Positions 10,814-21,596 of a stretch of DNA of 64,000 nucleotides are shown here, piece by piece (positions within the stretch are counted from its first letter, which is position 1; each line of letters starts with the position of its first letter). The translations under genes were made by a program, and so were the position numbers. Under the pieces are notes generated by a model that was not told the DNA's origin, made no database searches, and was given only the letters and a program-made list of their open reading frames with translations. Where the stretch lies: the NCBI GenBank assembly GCA_963833985.1, contig CAWIAD010000002.1, forward strand, positions 6,581,660 to 6,645,659. The letters run 5' to 3'. Source of the DNA: an uncultured Planctomycetaceae bacterium (GTDB lineage Bacteria; Planctomycetota; Planctomycetia; Isosphaerales; Isosphaeraceae).

Positions 10814-10954
10814 CTGTTACAGATCGCTCACATGATCCTGCAACTCATGGAAGCCGGTAGTTTGCTGGATCCCTTCCGTTCCATGATCTTGAAAAACCAG
10901 GCCTTTGCCCCGATCCGCGCCGCCCGCATTCAGATGCGCCTTGATCGTTCGTGG
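10814..10954 (+). pseudogene. Possible relic of a transposase C-terminus
   Basis: LLQIAHMILQLMEAGSLL...AARIQMRLDRS resembles, from memory, C-termini of planctomycete DDE transposases; no upstream gene body. Confidence 0.4.
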
Positions 10955-11257
10955 CCGAAGCCGGGCGTTTTCCGGGTCTCCCGCCGGCAGTCGCAAGAAA
11001 ACGCACGCCCAGCCACTGGCCACTCCCGGGTGAGCTCCGTCCCGGTGAGTCCCTAACGGGCTGCCTCGGCCGCGCGCGGACTGGCTGGTAAATTACGACC
11101 AGGGGTACTCCTCGGAGTTGCCGGCGCGGCTCTCTGGTTGCTCCGGCTCCGGGGCAGGACTATGATGCGGTTGGTGGCTCGCGATAGCGGACGTTGATGG
11201 ATCCGCCATATGCGGCCGCGCAACGACTCCATTCCACTCAACGAAGGAGTGCTGATC

Positions 11258-12678
11258 ATGGCAGCCTCTCCCGGTCTCGCACCTGCCAGAAGCGGATCTC
11301 CGGCCCCGTCAAGACGCGCGTTCCTCAGGAACACGGCAGGTCTGGCGGCTTTCCCCTGGATCGTGCCGGCGACGGCCCTGGGAAGAAACGGCGCGGTCGC
11401 GGCCAGCGAGCGCATCACACTGGGCGTGATCGGCACCGGCAGCCGGGGCACCGAGGACATGACGGGCCTGATGCGCTCGCCGCTTTGCCAGGTTGTCGCC
11501 GTCTGCGACTGCCGCCAGCCGCGTCTCGAGACGGCCGGCAAGCGGGTCGAGTTTTACTACTCCCAGCGCGACACCCGCGCGTCGCATGGCGGCTGCAAGT
11601 CCTACCACGACTTTCGTGAAGTGATTGACCGCAAGGACATCGACGCTCTTCAGATCTCCGTGCCCGACCACTGGCACGGCATCATTGCCACCCAGGCGCT
11701 GGCCGCGGGCAAGGACCTGTACTGCGAGAAGCCGATTGGACGAACGATCGCCGAGAGCGTCGCCATCCGCAATGCGGTGCTGAAGCACGATCGGATTTTT
11801 CAGACCGGCACGCAGCAGCGCAGCGACAGCTTGTTTCGCCAGGCCTGTGTGCTGGCACGGGGCGGTTATCTGGGCAAGATTCACACCATCGAGGTGGCCG
11901 TGCCGGCCGGAGGCGACATCGTCAAGCAGCCCCCTGCCCCGGTGCCCGAAGGGTTCGATTACGACATGTGGACCGGCCCCGCGCCCATGCACCCGTTCGA
12001 CCGCAAGCGCTGCGAGGCGCTGGGGATGTTCTGGATTGCAGACTACTGCGTCGGCTTCATCTGCAACTGGGGCGTCCATCACCTCGACATCGCGGCCTGG
12101 GGCTGCCCCGAGGTGACGGCCGCACCCTGCCAGATCGAAGGGACCGGCCTGGTGCCGACTCAGGGCATGTGCAGCAGCATCGTCATCTGGCAGACGGAGT
12201 ACCGCTATCCCAGCGGCCTTCGGGTGAGCTTCACCAGCGATCGCGGGCCGTTCGACTGGCAGAAGCAGCAAGGGCTGACCGAGGAGAGTCTGCGCGCCTG
12301 GCCGACGTCGACCCGAAGCGCCACCACGAGACCGGCTGCCGGTTCATCGGCACGGAAGGCTGGGTGCACGTGACCCGGGGCGCGATCTCGGCCGAGCCGG
12401 CTAGCTTGCTCAAGAAGATGATCGACCCGGCGTCCGTGGGAATCACGTCCAGCCGCAATCATTATGTGAACTTCCTGGAGTGCGTGCGCGACCGCGAGCA
12501 GCCGGTCTCGGACATTCAATCTGGCCACCGCGCCACCTGCCTGGGCAACGCCGCCGACATTGCCATCCGCCTGGGCCGCAAGCTGAGGTGGAACCCGGCC
12601 ACGGATCAGTTTGAAGGCGACGACGAAGCCAACCGCAGGCGCGCGGAGCCGATGCGGTCGCCCTGGAGCCTGAGCTGA
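11258..12678 (+). CDS. Tat-exported Gfo/Idh/MocA family oxidoreductase (frameshift ~12300)
   Basis: SRRAFL; LGVIGTGSRG; VPDHWH; YCEKP; QTGTQQRS; NWGVHHLD; AAGGAG RBS. Confidence 0.9.
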
Positions 12679-12749
12679 CGCCAGGGAGCCCGAGGAAGGA
12701 CCAGACGCCGCGCGAGCGTCACTCGGGGCGGGACCTCGGCTCTGGTGCG

Positions 12750-13901
12750 CTAGACGCGCAGGAAGATCTTCCGCCGGTACAGGAACCAGCAGATGCCGAA
12801 GGTAAGGGCCAGGGATACGAGCGCAACGGCCAGGTCGCCATACGCGCCGAGGTAGAGCTTCTTTAAGTCGCCGCCCACGAACCTGCGGGCGATATCGTCC
12901 AGGTCGACCAGGTTATTGATCATATAGATGGTGATCGGGTTCATGCCGATCCAGACAAACGGTATGGCCCAGGCGCGCAGGTTCCAGACGTCGATCACCA
13001 GGTAGAAGAGCCCCAGCAAAAGCGAGCTGTAGCCGCAGGCCACCAGCACGAACGACGAGGTCCAGATCTTCTTGATCACCGGGAACTGGAAGTCCCACAG
13101 CCAGCCCAGGGCCACGCAGGCTGCGCCGGCCAGAATGAGTATGAGTACCTTGCGATACGATCCGATGGAGCTTTTCAGAAGCTGGCCCGCAAACACGCCC
13201 AGCAGGCAGTTCGCGATGGCAGGCAGCGTGCTGAGCAGTCCCTCCGGGTCGTAATCGCCGTCATACTTGCGGAGGGGCAGGTAGTTCTTGTCGACCCAGT
13301 TCGCCAGGTTCTGTCCGGGCTCGAAATGCCCCGCGCCGACCTCGGGCACGGGAACAAACGTCATGAGGGCCCAGTAACCGACGAGCAGGCCCATGCATGC
13401 GATGAGTCGGCCGCGCAAGCCGAAATACGTGAAGATCAAGCCGGCGAACAGGTAGGAAAGGGCGATCCTCTGAAGCACGCCGAGCAGGCGGATCTTCTCG
13501 AAAGGCGTGCTGAACCCGCCGGAGTAAAAGATGCCCAGCAGGAAGAGCAAGAGCGCCCGGCGGATGATCTTCGCCGCGGCCCGTCCCCTGCCCTCCTGCT
13601 CGATGGTCCGGCCCAGCGAGAAGACCAGTGATACTCCCACGATGAACACGAACATCGGGAAGATCAGGTCCTCGAAGTGAAAGCCGGCCCATTCGACGTG
13701 CTCGAGCTGGTGCGCCAGGCCTTGCAGGGCCGGATGGTCGCTCACCTTGCGGAGCCCGTGCACGAGCCCGTCAGCGCCGACGATCCAGAACATGTCGAAC
13801 CCGCGGAGGGCGTCGAGCGACATCAGCCGGGCGGGTTTCGAACCTGGCTCGGTTGCGCCCGCAGAGCCATCAGTCATTGTATCGGTCATCGGTATGTTCA
13901 T
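12750..13901 (-). CDS. Membrane acyltransferase, DUF5009/heparan-alpha-glucosaminide N-acetyltransferase (NagX-like) family
   Basis: RLMSLDALRGFDM, DLIFPMFVFIVG, GVLQRIA, DPEGLLST and PVIKKIWTSS. Confidence 0.85.
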   Translation of the reverse strand: MNIPMTDTMTDGSAGATEPGSKPARLMSLDALRGFDMFWIVGADGLVHGLRKVSDHPALQGLAHQLEHVEWAGFHFEDLIFPMFVFIVGVSLVFSLGRTIEQEGRGRAAAKIIRRALLLFLLGIFYSGGFSTPFEKIRLLGVLQRIALSYLFAGLIFTYFGLRGRLIACMGLLVGYWALMTFVPVPEVGAGHFEPGQNLANWVDKNYLPLRKYDGDYDPEGLLSTLPAIANCLLGVFAGQLLKSSIGSYRKVLILILAGAACVALGWLWDFQFPVIKKIWTSSFVLVACGYSSLLLGLFYLVIDVWNLRAWAIPFVWIGMNPITIYMINNLVDLDDIARRFVGGDLKKLYLGAYGDLAVALVSLALTFGICWFLYRRKIFLRV

Positions 13902-14229
13902 CCGATTGCGAATTCCAGGCTGCACATTACTGCCGGGCCGCCCGCAAGGAAGAGTCCTGAACGGGCTACGTCTCTGTGAGGCGACAGGCGGCCGGGTCTC
14001 AATGGCCATTGCGATTCTGGCAGATTTCGTCCAATGTGCAAGCGTGATCCGAAACGGATCGGGCAAGAGACCGCCCGATTGGGGTGCGCGGTTGCTTCAA
14101 TAATGCCGCGGCCACGGCGAAAGGACTGACGCAGACTTGCCTTGCACCGGGGCGAGGAGGGCTTGGCCCCACTTGCGGACAGATCGCTGCGCCACGTCGC
14201 GCAGTCGTGGAACAGGAAGGAAGTGAATC

Positions 14230-14595
14230 ATGGTAAGACTTGCATCGGGTTTACTGATGGGATTGCTGCTGCTGACGATTGTGCCCCTGCGGGCGCCGGC
14301 GTACGCCCCGATCGACGACCAGGTTTCCGAGCTTGAAAGCCAGGTGGCGGAGCTCAGGAACCAGGTTGCCCAGCGCACCGTCAGGGTGCAATCGCACCCG
14401 ACCGAGGGCGCCGCGCTCTTCCTCTTCGGTGCGTTCTGCGCTCTCTGGGCCCAGAACACCGGCCGCAATCCCTGGCTCTGGTTCTTCATGGGAATGATCT
14501 TCAGCGTCATCACCGTCATCGTGCTACTGTCGAAGAATGCCGGAGATCTCAGGCGAATGCGACAGAAGCCAGCAGTCGACCCGTTCGATGGATGA
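14230..14595 (+). CDS. Small membrane protein with coiled coil
   Basis: Signal-like N-terminus, heptad VSELESQVAELRNQV, two C-terminal TM helices; AGGAAG RBS. Confidence 0.65.
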   Translation: MVRLASGLLMGLLLLTIVPLRAPAYAPIDDQVSELESQVAELRNQVAQRTVRVQSHPTEGAALFLFGAFCALWAQNTGRNPWLWFFMGMIFSVITVIVLLSKNAGDLRRMRQKPAVDPFDG

Positions 14596-14734
14596 ACGAA
14601 ACAGGCCTGCTCGCAGGTTGGTCTTTCTTTTCGCCGCGAGCGCTCCCCGGCCGCGTTCCCGACGCCTGTAATGCCAGGGCGCCGCTCCAGAGGCGGTCGG
14701 CCCGACATTGCCCTGAAACCGGAGGATCCTCATC

Positions 14735-15658
14735 ATGGCGAAGTTCCGTTCCTTCACGGCGATTTGCTTGGCAATTGCAACCGTCGGGCTGCTCCCGGGG
14801 ATGGCTCGCGCACATCCCGGATCGGGCATCGTTGTTGATGAGCAAGGCCAGGTGTACTTCCAGGACACCGTGGCTCGGACGATCTGGAAAATCGACGCAC
14901 AAGGCAGGCTGACGAAGTATCACGAGACCCTGGGCGGCCACTGGATGGCTCTCGATCAGGAAGGCGCTTTCTCCCGTTGCGAGTTGAAATTGGTTCAGCG
15001 GATCACGCCCTTCGGCGCCATCCCGGCGCTGATCGTGGCGGACGGCGGCGCGCCGATCGCGGTTGGCCGGGGCGGAAGCCTCTATTATGGTCATGAATTC
15101 CCGGGCAAAGAGAACACGGCTCCGGGGTTGACCAGGATATCGCCGGACGGTAAACAGAGGCCTGTGTCACCAGGGGTCGGCAAGGTCCTGGAGGCCATCA
15201 ACGACGGTGTGACGGGGCTGGCCACCGGTCCGGACGGCTCGGTTCATGTGGCGACGTGGAACGCGGTGCTGAAGGTGAATCCCGATGGTACGATTGCGCA
15301 CATCGTGTACCCCGTGCCCGTGAAGGATTGCGACCCGGATCCGGCTGACCACAAGACATCCAATCGCTCGCCGAGCCTGCGCGGGCTGGCGGTGGACGCA
15401 GAGGAAAATGTCTACGTCGCCGCCACGAGCTGTCACTGCCTCTGGAAAATCAGCCTGGAGGGTCATACGGACACCGTGCTGAAATCGCCGCGTCCGTGGT
15501 CGCCAACGGGCGTCGCTGTCCGCGGCGACGAGATCTATGTTCTGGAATACACGAATGCGAACGGAAGCCGAGACGAGGGATGGCGGCCTCGAGTCCGGAA
15601 GATCGGACGCAACGGGCAGGTGACAACCCTGGCAACCATCACACGAAAGAATCCATAA
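14735..15658 (+). CDS. Secreted NHL/SMP-30-like beta-propeller protein
   Basis: Signal peptide ending AHPGSG; repeats GIVVDEQGQVY, GLATGPDGSVH, GLAVDAEENVY and PTGVAV. Confidence 0.7.
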   Translation: MAKFRSFTAICLAIATVGLLPGMARAHPGSGIVVDEQGQVYFQDTVARTIWKIDAQGRLTKYHETLGGHWMALDQEGAFSRCELKLVQRITPFGAIPALIVADGGAPIAVGRGGSLYYGHEFPGKENTAPGLTRISPDGKQRPVSPGVGKVLEAINDGVTGLATGPDGSVHVATWNAVLKVNPDGTIAHIVYPVPVKDCDPDPADHKTSNRSPSLRGLAVDAEENVYVAATSCHCLWKISLEGHTDTVLKSPRPWSPTGVAVRGDEIYVLEYTNANGSRDEGWRPRVRKIGRNGQVTTLATITRKNP

Positions 15659-15723
15659 CTCTGCGGCACGGTCTCGCCCTGAGCCGGGCGCACGGAACGG
15701 AGCGCGGGCCTGAGAGGTTCCGC

Positions 15724-16701
15724 CTAATCAGCCGATCGACCCTGCAAGAGCCGCACCATCGCCTTGCCCAGCGCATCGCCGACCAGGAAATAGGTCTCGG
15801 CGTTGCCGAACTCGTGGTGGCCGTGCTCGGGGTTGGGAGAATCTTCAGGCTTGCGTACGAAGTCGTGCGTTGGGACAAAGCTCACGGTACCGTGGAACTC
15901 CGGGCGTCCGGCAGTCGCCGCCTGGGCATCGCGCAGGGTCTGCCATGCGCCCGGGGCCTGCACCCACGGGCCGGTCAATTCGCCGATCACGACCGGTAGA
16001 TTGGGGACATGAAGGTCCTTGCGGACGTCGTGGATCAGGTTCACGAGGTTTTGCTCGTACTCCGGCACGGCGTGCTCGGGATCGCAGCCGTCGTTCCAGC
16101 CCTGGTACCACACGAAGCCCGCCAGCTCGTAGCCCTGGCCGCCGTACGCGGGAAAGCTGGACTTCAGGTTCGCGAGCGCCCGTTGAACCTCGTGAAGCAT
16201 CTTCTTGTAGTAGGGCCCGACTTCACCGCCGGAACTGGGCGGGCGGAAGTCCTGGTACAGGCTCTTGCCGCCCCACGCGGTCTTGATCAGCAGGACGGGG
16301 TTCGAGAGAGAGTCGCCCAGCACGTGCCCGAACTGCAGTTCGGGTCCAAAATGGTGCCTGTCGCCATAGACAGAGAACCCCACGGTGAGCGGCCCCGCCA
16401 GCAGGGGTGCGTCCTCGCGCTGGTAGTCCACCCAGACGTCGTCGCGGACCGACCACTCCCCGTTCGCCGACTTCAGATGCCGCACCCGAGGAGCCCGTAC
16501 CGGATCGCGGAACAGGGCCTCGAGCGTTCCCTTGCCGCCGTTGTAGTCCTTGCCGTCCAGGTCGACGACGGCCTGCCCCTCCATGTTGGACTGGCCGGCA
16601 AGAATGAAAACCTTGACCTTCGAACGATCGTCGGCCGCACGCGCTGTCCAGTCGCCGCATGCCAGCCCCAGCAGGAGCATCGCCCCCAGACATCGTTGCA
16701 T
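15724..16701 (-). CDS. Sialate O-acetylesterase (SASA, SGNH hydrolase) family, secreted
   Basis: FILAGQSNMEG, FGPELQFG, IKTAWGG and WYQGWND. Confidence 0.85.
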   Translation of the reverse strand: MQRCLGAMLLLGLACGDWTARAADDRSKVKVFILAGQSNMEGQAVVDLDGKDYNGGKGTLEALFRDPVRAPRVRHLKSANGEWSVRDDVWVDYQREDAPLLAGPLTVGFSVYGDRHHFGPELQFGHVLGDSLSNPVLLIKTAWGGKSLYQDFRPPSSGGEVGPYYKKMLHEVQRALANLKSSFPAYGGQGYELAGFVWYQGWNDGCDPEHAVPEYEQNLVNLIHDVRKDLHVPNLPVVIGELTGPWVQAPGAWQTLRDAQAATAGRPEFHGTVSFVPTHDFVRKPEDSPNPEHGHHEFGNAETYFLVGDALGKAMVRLLQGRSAD

Positions 16702-16943
16702 GGTGATTCGCCATTTCCTTGTCAGTGATCCGGGCATCGACGGCCGCGTGGCAGACCCTGGGCCTGACAGGCACGATCTTAAGCCAGGTCCAGGGAGTTG
16801 CCAAGGAGCGGTCGCTTGCGGTGCGATGCTGAAGGAGATAACGTCGGGGCGGGTCGAGCGCGAGGCCGGCGCGGGTCTCAGCACGGGTGATGCGTGCCAG
16901 ATCCCGGCGCCGGTGAACACGGTGCCCGGCCGGGAGACACGAC

Positions 16944-19900
16944 ATGAGATCGGCGATTCCTGGCACGATTCTCGCCGCCGGGCTGCTGCTGGCAACCTTT
17001 CGCTCCGCACCCTGCGCGGAGCCGCGCGCCATGCCCGCGGCAGCGGTCACCGTCTGGGAGCGGCAAGTCGTCATCCCCACTTACCTTGCCGGTCCGCCGG
17101 AAGCCAGCCCGATGTTTTACTTCGGCCGCGCCTCGCAGGGCGCGGAGGGGCGGATCTACCCGTACCGGCTCTACGACTCGCTCACAAACCGCAAGGTGGA
17201 CAGGCAATACACCCTGGTGACGCTGGAGAACCAGTACGTCCGGATCGGCATTCTTCCCGAGCTGGGCGGCCGGATCTTCGAGGCGGTGGACAGGACCAAT
17301 GGATACAACTTCTTTTACCGCCAGCATGTGATCAAGCCGGCGCTCATTGGCCTCATCGGGGCGTGGATCTCCGGAGGCGTGGAGTGGAACATCCCGCACC
17401 ACCACCGGGCCTCGACGTTCTTGCCGGTTCAGTACCAGATGCAGGATGACGGCGGCGGTGGCAAGACGGTCTGGGTGGGCGAGCTGGAGCTGCGGCATCG
17501 CATGCGCTGGGCTGTCGGCTACACGCTGCGGCCTGGCTCGTCGGTGCTGGAAGCCAGGGTACGCATCATCAACCGCACGCCCCTGGCGCAGAGCATGCTT
17601 TGCTTCGCCAACGCGGCCGTGCACGTCAACGAGAACTACCAGGTGATCTTCCCACCCGCAACGCAATACGTGACTCACCATGCCAAGCGCGAGTTCACCA
17701 CCTGGCCCATCGCCAGCGGCCACTACGGCGGCTACGACTTCGGTGCGGGTACCGATGTGAGCTGGTACAAGAACCACGTGGCGGCCAACTCCATGTTTGC
17801 CTGGAACTACGAGGACGACTTCTTCGCCGGATACGACCACGGGGCCCAGGCCGGAACGATGAGTGTGGCCGACCACCGCTTCGTTCCCGGCAAGAAGCTC
17901 TGGACCTGGGGCAACGGTGCGCGGGGGCGGATGTGGGACCACATTCTCACCGATAGTGACGGCCCCTACATCGAGCTCATGGTGGGCGGGTATTCAGACA
18001 ACCAGCCAGACTATTCCTGGCTCCAGCCGTTCGAGGCGCGGACGTTCTCGATGAACTGGTATCCCTTCCGCGCCATCAGCGGGGTGAAGAACGCGAACCT
18101 TGACGCCGCGGTGAACCTGGAGGTTGTGGGCCGGAAGGCAAGGCTCGGCTTCGCGGCGACGGCGGCCCACCCGGAGGCGACTGTCCGGCTGTCGGCAGCG
18201 GGCAAGGTCGTGCTCCAGGAGACGGTGGCCATCGACCCGGGCCATCCCTATGTCAACGAGGTTCCCCTGCCGGATGGAACGGGTGCGTACGATCTGGAGG
18301 CCGTGCTCAGCGACGGAAAGACGCTCGTGTCCTTCCGGCCCGCGCCCTCGCGTTCCAACCCGAAGCCCAGCCCGGTGCACGACCCGCCGCCTCCGGGCGA
18401 GGTCAAGACCACCGAGGAGCTCTACCTCGCCGGCCTGCGCATCGAGCAGTTCCACCACCCCGCGCTCGATGCGGAGCCGTACTGGGAAGAAGCACTGCGC
18501 CGCGATCCGGCAGACGTCCGGGTGAACACGGCCTTGGGGATCAAGATGCTCAAACAGGCCCGCTGGAGCGCCGCCGAGGCCTGCTTTCGGAAAGCCCTCG
18601 AGCGGCTCACGGCCGGCTACACCGCACCCGTGAACGGCGAGCCGTTTTATTACCTGGGTGTGGCCCTGGCGGCGCAGGGCAAAGACGGCCCGGCCAGCGA
18701 GGCTTTCGCCCGCGCGACCTGGGCGGCCGCATCGCGCTCGCCGGCCTACTTCGGCATGGCCGAAGTCGCCTGCCGGCAGCACGCGGATTCCCAGGCCCTG
18801 GAGCTGCTGGATCGCGCGCTGGACGCGGACGCAAACAACCTCCGCGCCCTGCATCTCAAGGCCGCGCTGCTGCGTCGGATTGGCAAGCCCGAGCGGGCGC
18901 TGGCGATCCTCACCCGAGCCGGCGCCATCGACCCGCTGGATCCGCGCACGCTTGCCGAGCACTGGCTGGCGACCCGGAGTTCAGAAAAGGAAGCCACCTT
19001 GAAACGCGTGCTCGGCCAGCACCCGGCGACGGCCCTGGAAATCGCCGCAGAGTACCAGGACGCCGGCCTCTGGGCGGATGGAACGGCCGTGCTGTTAGCG
19101 GCCCTGCGCCGCGGCGAGGAGCTGCAAACCCTCCCCCTGGCCTGCTACGACCTGGCATTCTTCGCGGCGCGGCAGGGCGACGAGAAGGCAGCCGCACGGT
19201 ATCGCGCGCTGGCCGCGGCAGAGCCGGCCGGGCCCGTCTTTCCGTTCCAGTCACAGAACCTCGCGGTACTGCGAGAGGCGATGCAGGCAAATCCGGGCGA
19301 CGCCCGCGCGCCGCTGTATCTGGGAGAGCTGCTCTTTGACTGGCAGCCGGGCAAAGCGGTGGAACTCTGGAAAGCCTCGCTTGCCCGCGATCCGTCGCTC
19401 GCGGTCGTGCACCGCAACCTGGCGATCGCCGCCTCACACCAGCCCGGCGCCCGGAACCTGGACGAGGCGATCCGCCATCTCGAGGCCGCCGTCGCGCTGC
19501 CGGGGCCGTCCTCCATCTTCTTCTCGGAGCTGGACGAGCTCTACGAGGCCGCCGGCGTGGCGCCGGAGAAACGCCTGGCCGTGCTTGACGCCAACCACGA
19601 GACGGTTGCCCGCCGCGATGACGCTCTGGGCCGCGAGATCGCCCTGCGCGTGCTGCTGGGCCAGTGCGATCGTGCCATCGCGCTTTTGACCGGCCGGACC
19701 TTCGCGGTCTGGGAGGGGGGAACGCTCACGGCGGCCGGCGACTGGACGGAGGCCCATTTGCGGCGCGGGGTCGAGCGGATGTCGTCGCGCAGGTTCGAGG
19801 AAGCCCTTGCGGACTTTCAAGCCGCCGGCCAGCTCCCCGAGAACCTGCCCACGGAGACCCACGACGGCACGGCCCGGCAAGAGGAGATCGCCTACCGTAT

Positions 19901-20339
19901 CGGCATCGCGGAAGAGGCTCTGGGCCGTCACGAAGAGGCCAGCGCGGCCTGGGGGAGGGCGGCTCAGGAGGGAGCGTCCAGCCCGGAGGGCCGGCCGCGT
20001 CGGGGCTTCCCGGGGAATACCGCGGAGGCATACTTCCGTGCGCTGGCCTTGCGCAGGCTGGGGCGGACGGACGCCGCGGAAGAGGTCCTCCGCGCTCTGG
20101 CGGGCTCAGCCGGCCCGGCGGCAACGGTGCCGGCCCCTGGCGACCTGGACCGGAATTTGCCGGTGCCCACATTGCGCAGGGAGCGCGCTCGGCGGGCGCG
20201 GCCACACGTGTTGTCCGGCCTTGGCCGCCTGGGCCTGGGGCAGACCGAGTCCGCCCGCCAGGAACTGGCCGAAGCCCTGCGCATCGACCCGGCGAACCGG
20301 CCAGCACGCGCGGCACTGGCCGAGCTGGGCAACAGGTAG
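16944..20339 (+). CDS. DUF5107 domain plus TPR repeat protein, secreted
   Basis: LENQYVRIGILPELGGRI, WISGGVEWN and GKKLWTWG, followed by TPR-like helical repeats; 1131 aa intact. Confidence 0.85.
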   Translation: MRSAIPGTILAAGLLLATFRSAPCAEPRAMPAAAVTVWERQVVIPTYLAGPPEASPMFYFGRASQGAEGRIYPYRLYDSLTNRKVDRQYTLVTLENQYVRIGILPELGGRIFEAVDRTNGYNFFYRQHVIKPALIGLIGAWISGGVEWNIPHHHRASTFLPVQYQMQDDGGGGKTVWVGELELRHRMRWAVGYTLRPGSSVLEARVRIINRTPLAQSMLCFANAAVHVNENYQVIFPPATQYVTHHAKREFTTWPIASGHYGGYDFGAGTDVSWYKNHVAANSMFAWNYEDDFFAGYDHGAQAGTMSVADHRFVPGKKLWTWGNGARGRMWDHILTDSDGPYIELMVGGYSDNQPDYSWLQPFEARTFSMNWYPFRAISGVKNANLDAAVNLEVVGRKARLGFAATAAHPEATVRLSAAGKVVLQETVAIDPGHPYVNEVPLPDGTGAYDLEAVLSDGKTLVSFRPAPSRSNPKPSPVHDPPPPGEVKTTEELYLAGLRIEQFHHPALDAEPYWEEALRRDPADVRVNTALGIKMLKQARWSAAEACFRKALERLTAGYTAPVNGEPFYYLGVALAAQGKDGPASEAFARATWAAASRSPAYFGMAEVACRQHADSQALELLDRALDADANNLRALHLKAALLRRIGKPERALAILTRAGAIDPLDPRTLAEHWLATRSSEKEATLKRVLGQHPATALEIAAEYQDAGLWADGTAVLLAALRRGEELQTLPLACYDLAFFAARQGDEKAAARYRALAAAEPAGPVFPFQSQNLAVLREAMQANPGDARAPLYLGELLFDWQPGKAVELWKASLARDPSLAVVHRNLAIAASHQPGARNLDEAIRHLEAAVALPGPSSIFFSELDELYEAAGVAPEKRLAVLDANHETVARRDDALGREIALRVLLGQCDRAIALLTGRTFAVWEGGTLTAAGDWTEAHLRRGVERMSSRRFEEALADFQAAGQLPENLPTETHDGTARQEEIAYRIGIAEEALGRHEEASAAWGRAAQEGASSPEGRPRRGFPGNTAEAYFRALALRRLGRTDAAEEVLRALAGSAGPAATVPAPGDLDRNLPVPTLRRERARRARPHVLSGLGRLGLGQTESARQELAEALRIDPANRPARAALAELGNR

Positions 20340-20364
20340 ACCGCACCCCTCCTCTGCGCTCGGT

Positions 20365-20805
20365 TCAGTCAAGTGGCAGCGTGCCGTCCAGCAGTTGCAG
20401 GAGCGTGGCGTTTTTCACGGGCTTCACCAGGTGATGATGAAAGCCCGCGGCCTTGGATAGAGCCCTGTCCCTGGCCAGTCCCCAACCGGTAACCGCGACC
20501 AGGCGGCTGTCGCTGAACCATGGCCGGTTGCAGAGATGCATCGCGACCTCGTAACCCGTCATCCCCGGCAGGCCAATGTCCAGCAAGATGAGCTGGGGAC
20601 GAAACACCTCTGCCCGTTCCAGCGCGCTCGGCCCGTCATGAGCAACCTCAACCAGCCGCCCGTGGAGCACCGTCAGAACCCTGGCCAGGCTCCGAGCGGC
20701 ATCCGTGTTGTCGTCCACCACCAGGATTCGGTGACGCACTCGCGCAGTGGCGTCGGTGTCCGATGCGGACGCAGATCGCGGGGGCGAAGGCAAACAATCG
20801 CCCAT
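20365..20805 (-). CDS. Stand-alone response regulator receiver domain
   Basis: ILVVDDN, LLDIGLPGMTG, AVTG and LVKP; start codon uncertain. Confidence 0.8.
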   Translation of the reverse strand: MGDCLPSPPRSASASDTDATARVRHRILVVDDNTDAARSLARVLTVLHGRLVEVAHDGPSALERAEVFRPQLILLDIGLPGMTGYEVAMHLCNRPWFSDSRLVAVTGWGLARDRALSKAAGFHHHLVKPVKNATLLQLLDGTLPLD

Positions 20806-21596
20806 GGCGGAGAGCCCTGGAAGCGCCGTACCTTCGTCCTGGTTCGACCCTACAATGTTCGCCGTCAGATCAGTACAGGACCCAGGGTTGCCCGACGCCG
20901 TGCTCAGAACCCCGGCCAGTCCTGCGGAGAGGCGAGCTCCTGTCCCATGATCACCGCAGAGTCCGAACCGCGATATCGATCGAAGGGTTTTCGCGAGCAT
21001 TTGAGGTTCCACTCCGAGAGCGAAGAAAAATCCCTCCTCGCCGACATCGGACGTTGGAAATGATGCCGGCGCCCGAACTTCCTTGCCGGCGATCTTTGAC
21101 TGTAGTGTGTCACGATGGGTTCCGCAAGGCGAAGGAATCATCGTGTTCGGGTACGTCATGCCCGCCTCACTTCATGCATGTTCTACAAAAAGCCACCTCT
21201 GTTCTTTCGGTGGTAAGTGATTCGAATGAACCTGGCTGGAGCGCTTAAATTTATTCAAAAGAAGTCCGATCCGGAATCGAGACATTTCCGGAAGCAGCAA
21301 CTGGAGCCATTCGCGATCGGGCTGTGGCGCTCCTCCTGTGGCGTGAATTTGGGATATTTAGGAAAGATCTAGGAAAGCTCTGACGTAGGGTCGAGTCAGT
21401 ACTCCGCGCGGGGACGTCGGACGCCAGGCTCGCTCCATGCGACCCACAGAGAAATGCTGATACCACACGAGCGCTCGTCGAGCTGAGGACGGCGAGATCA
21501 CTGCTGGCGAGCACCCCACGAGGAGAGCGGCCAGGCAGGGCTCTCGGCCCCGGGCAAGCGAACGGCAATCCTGTCCAAAGACTTCTGCGGATCTGC

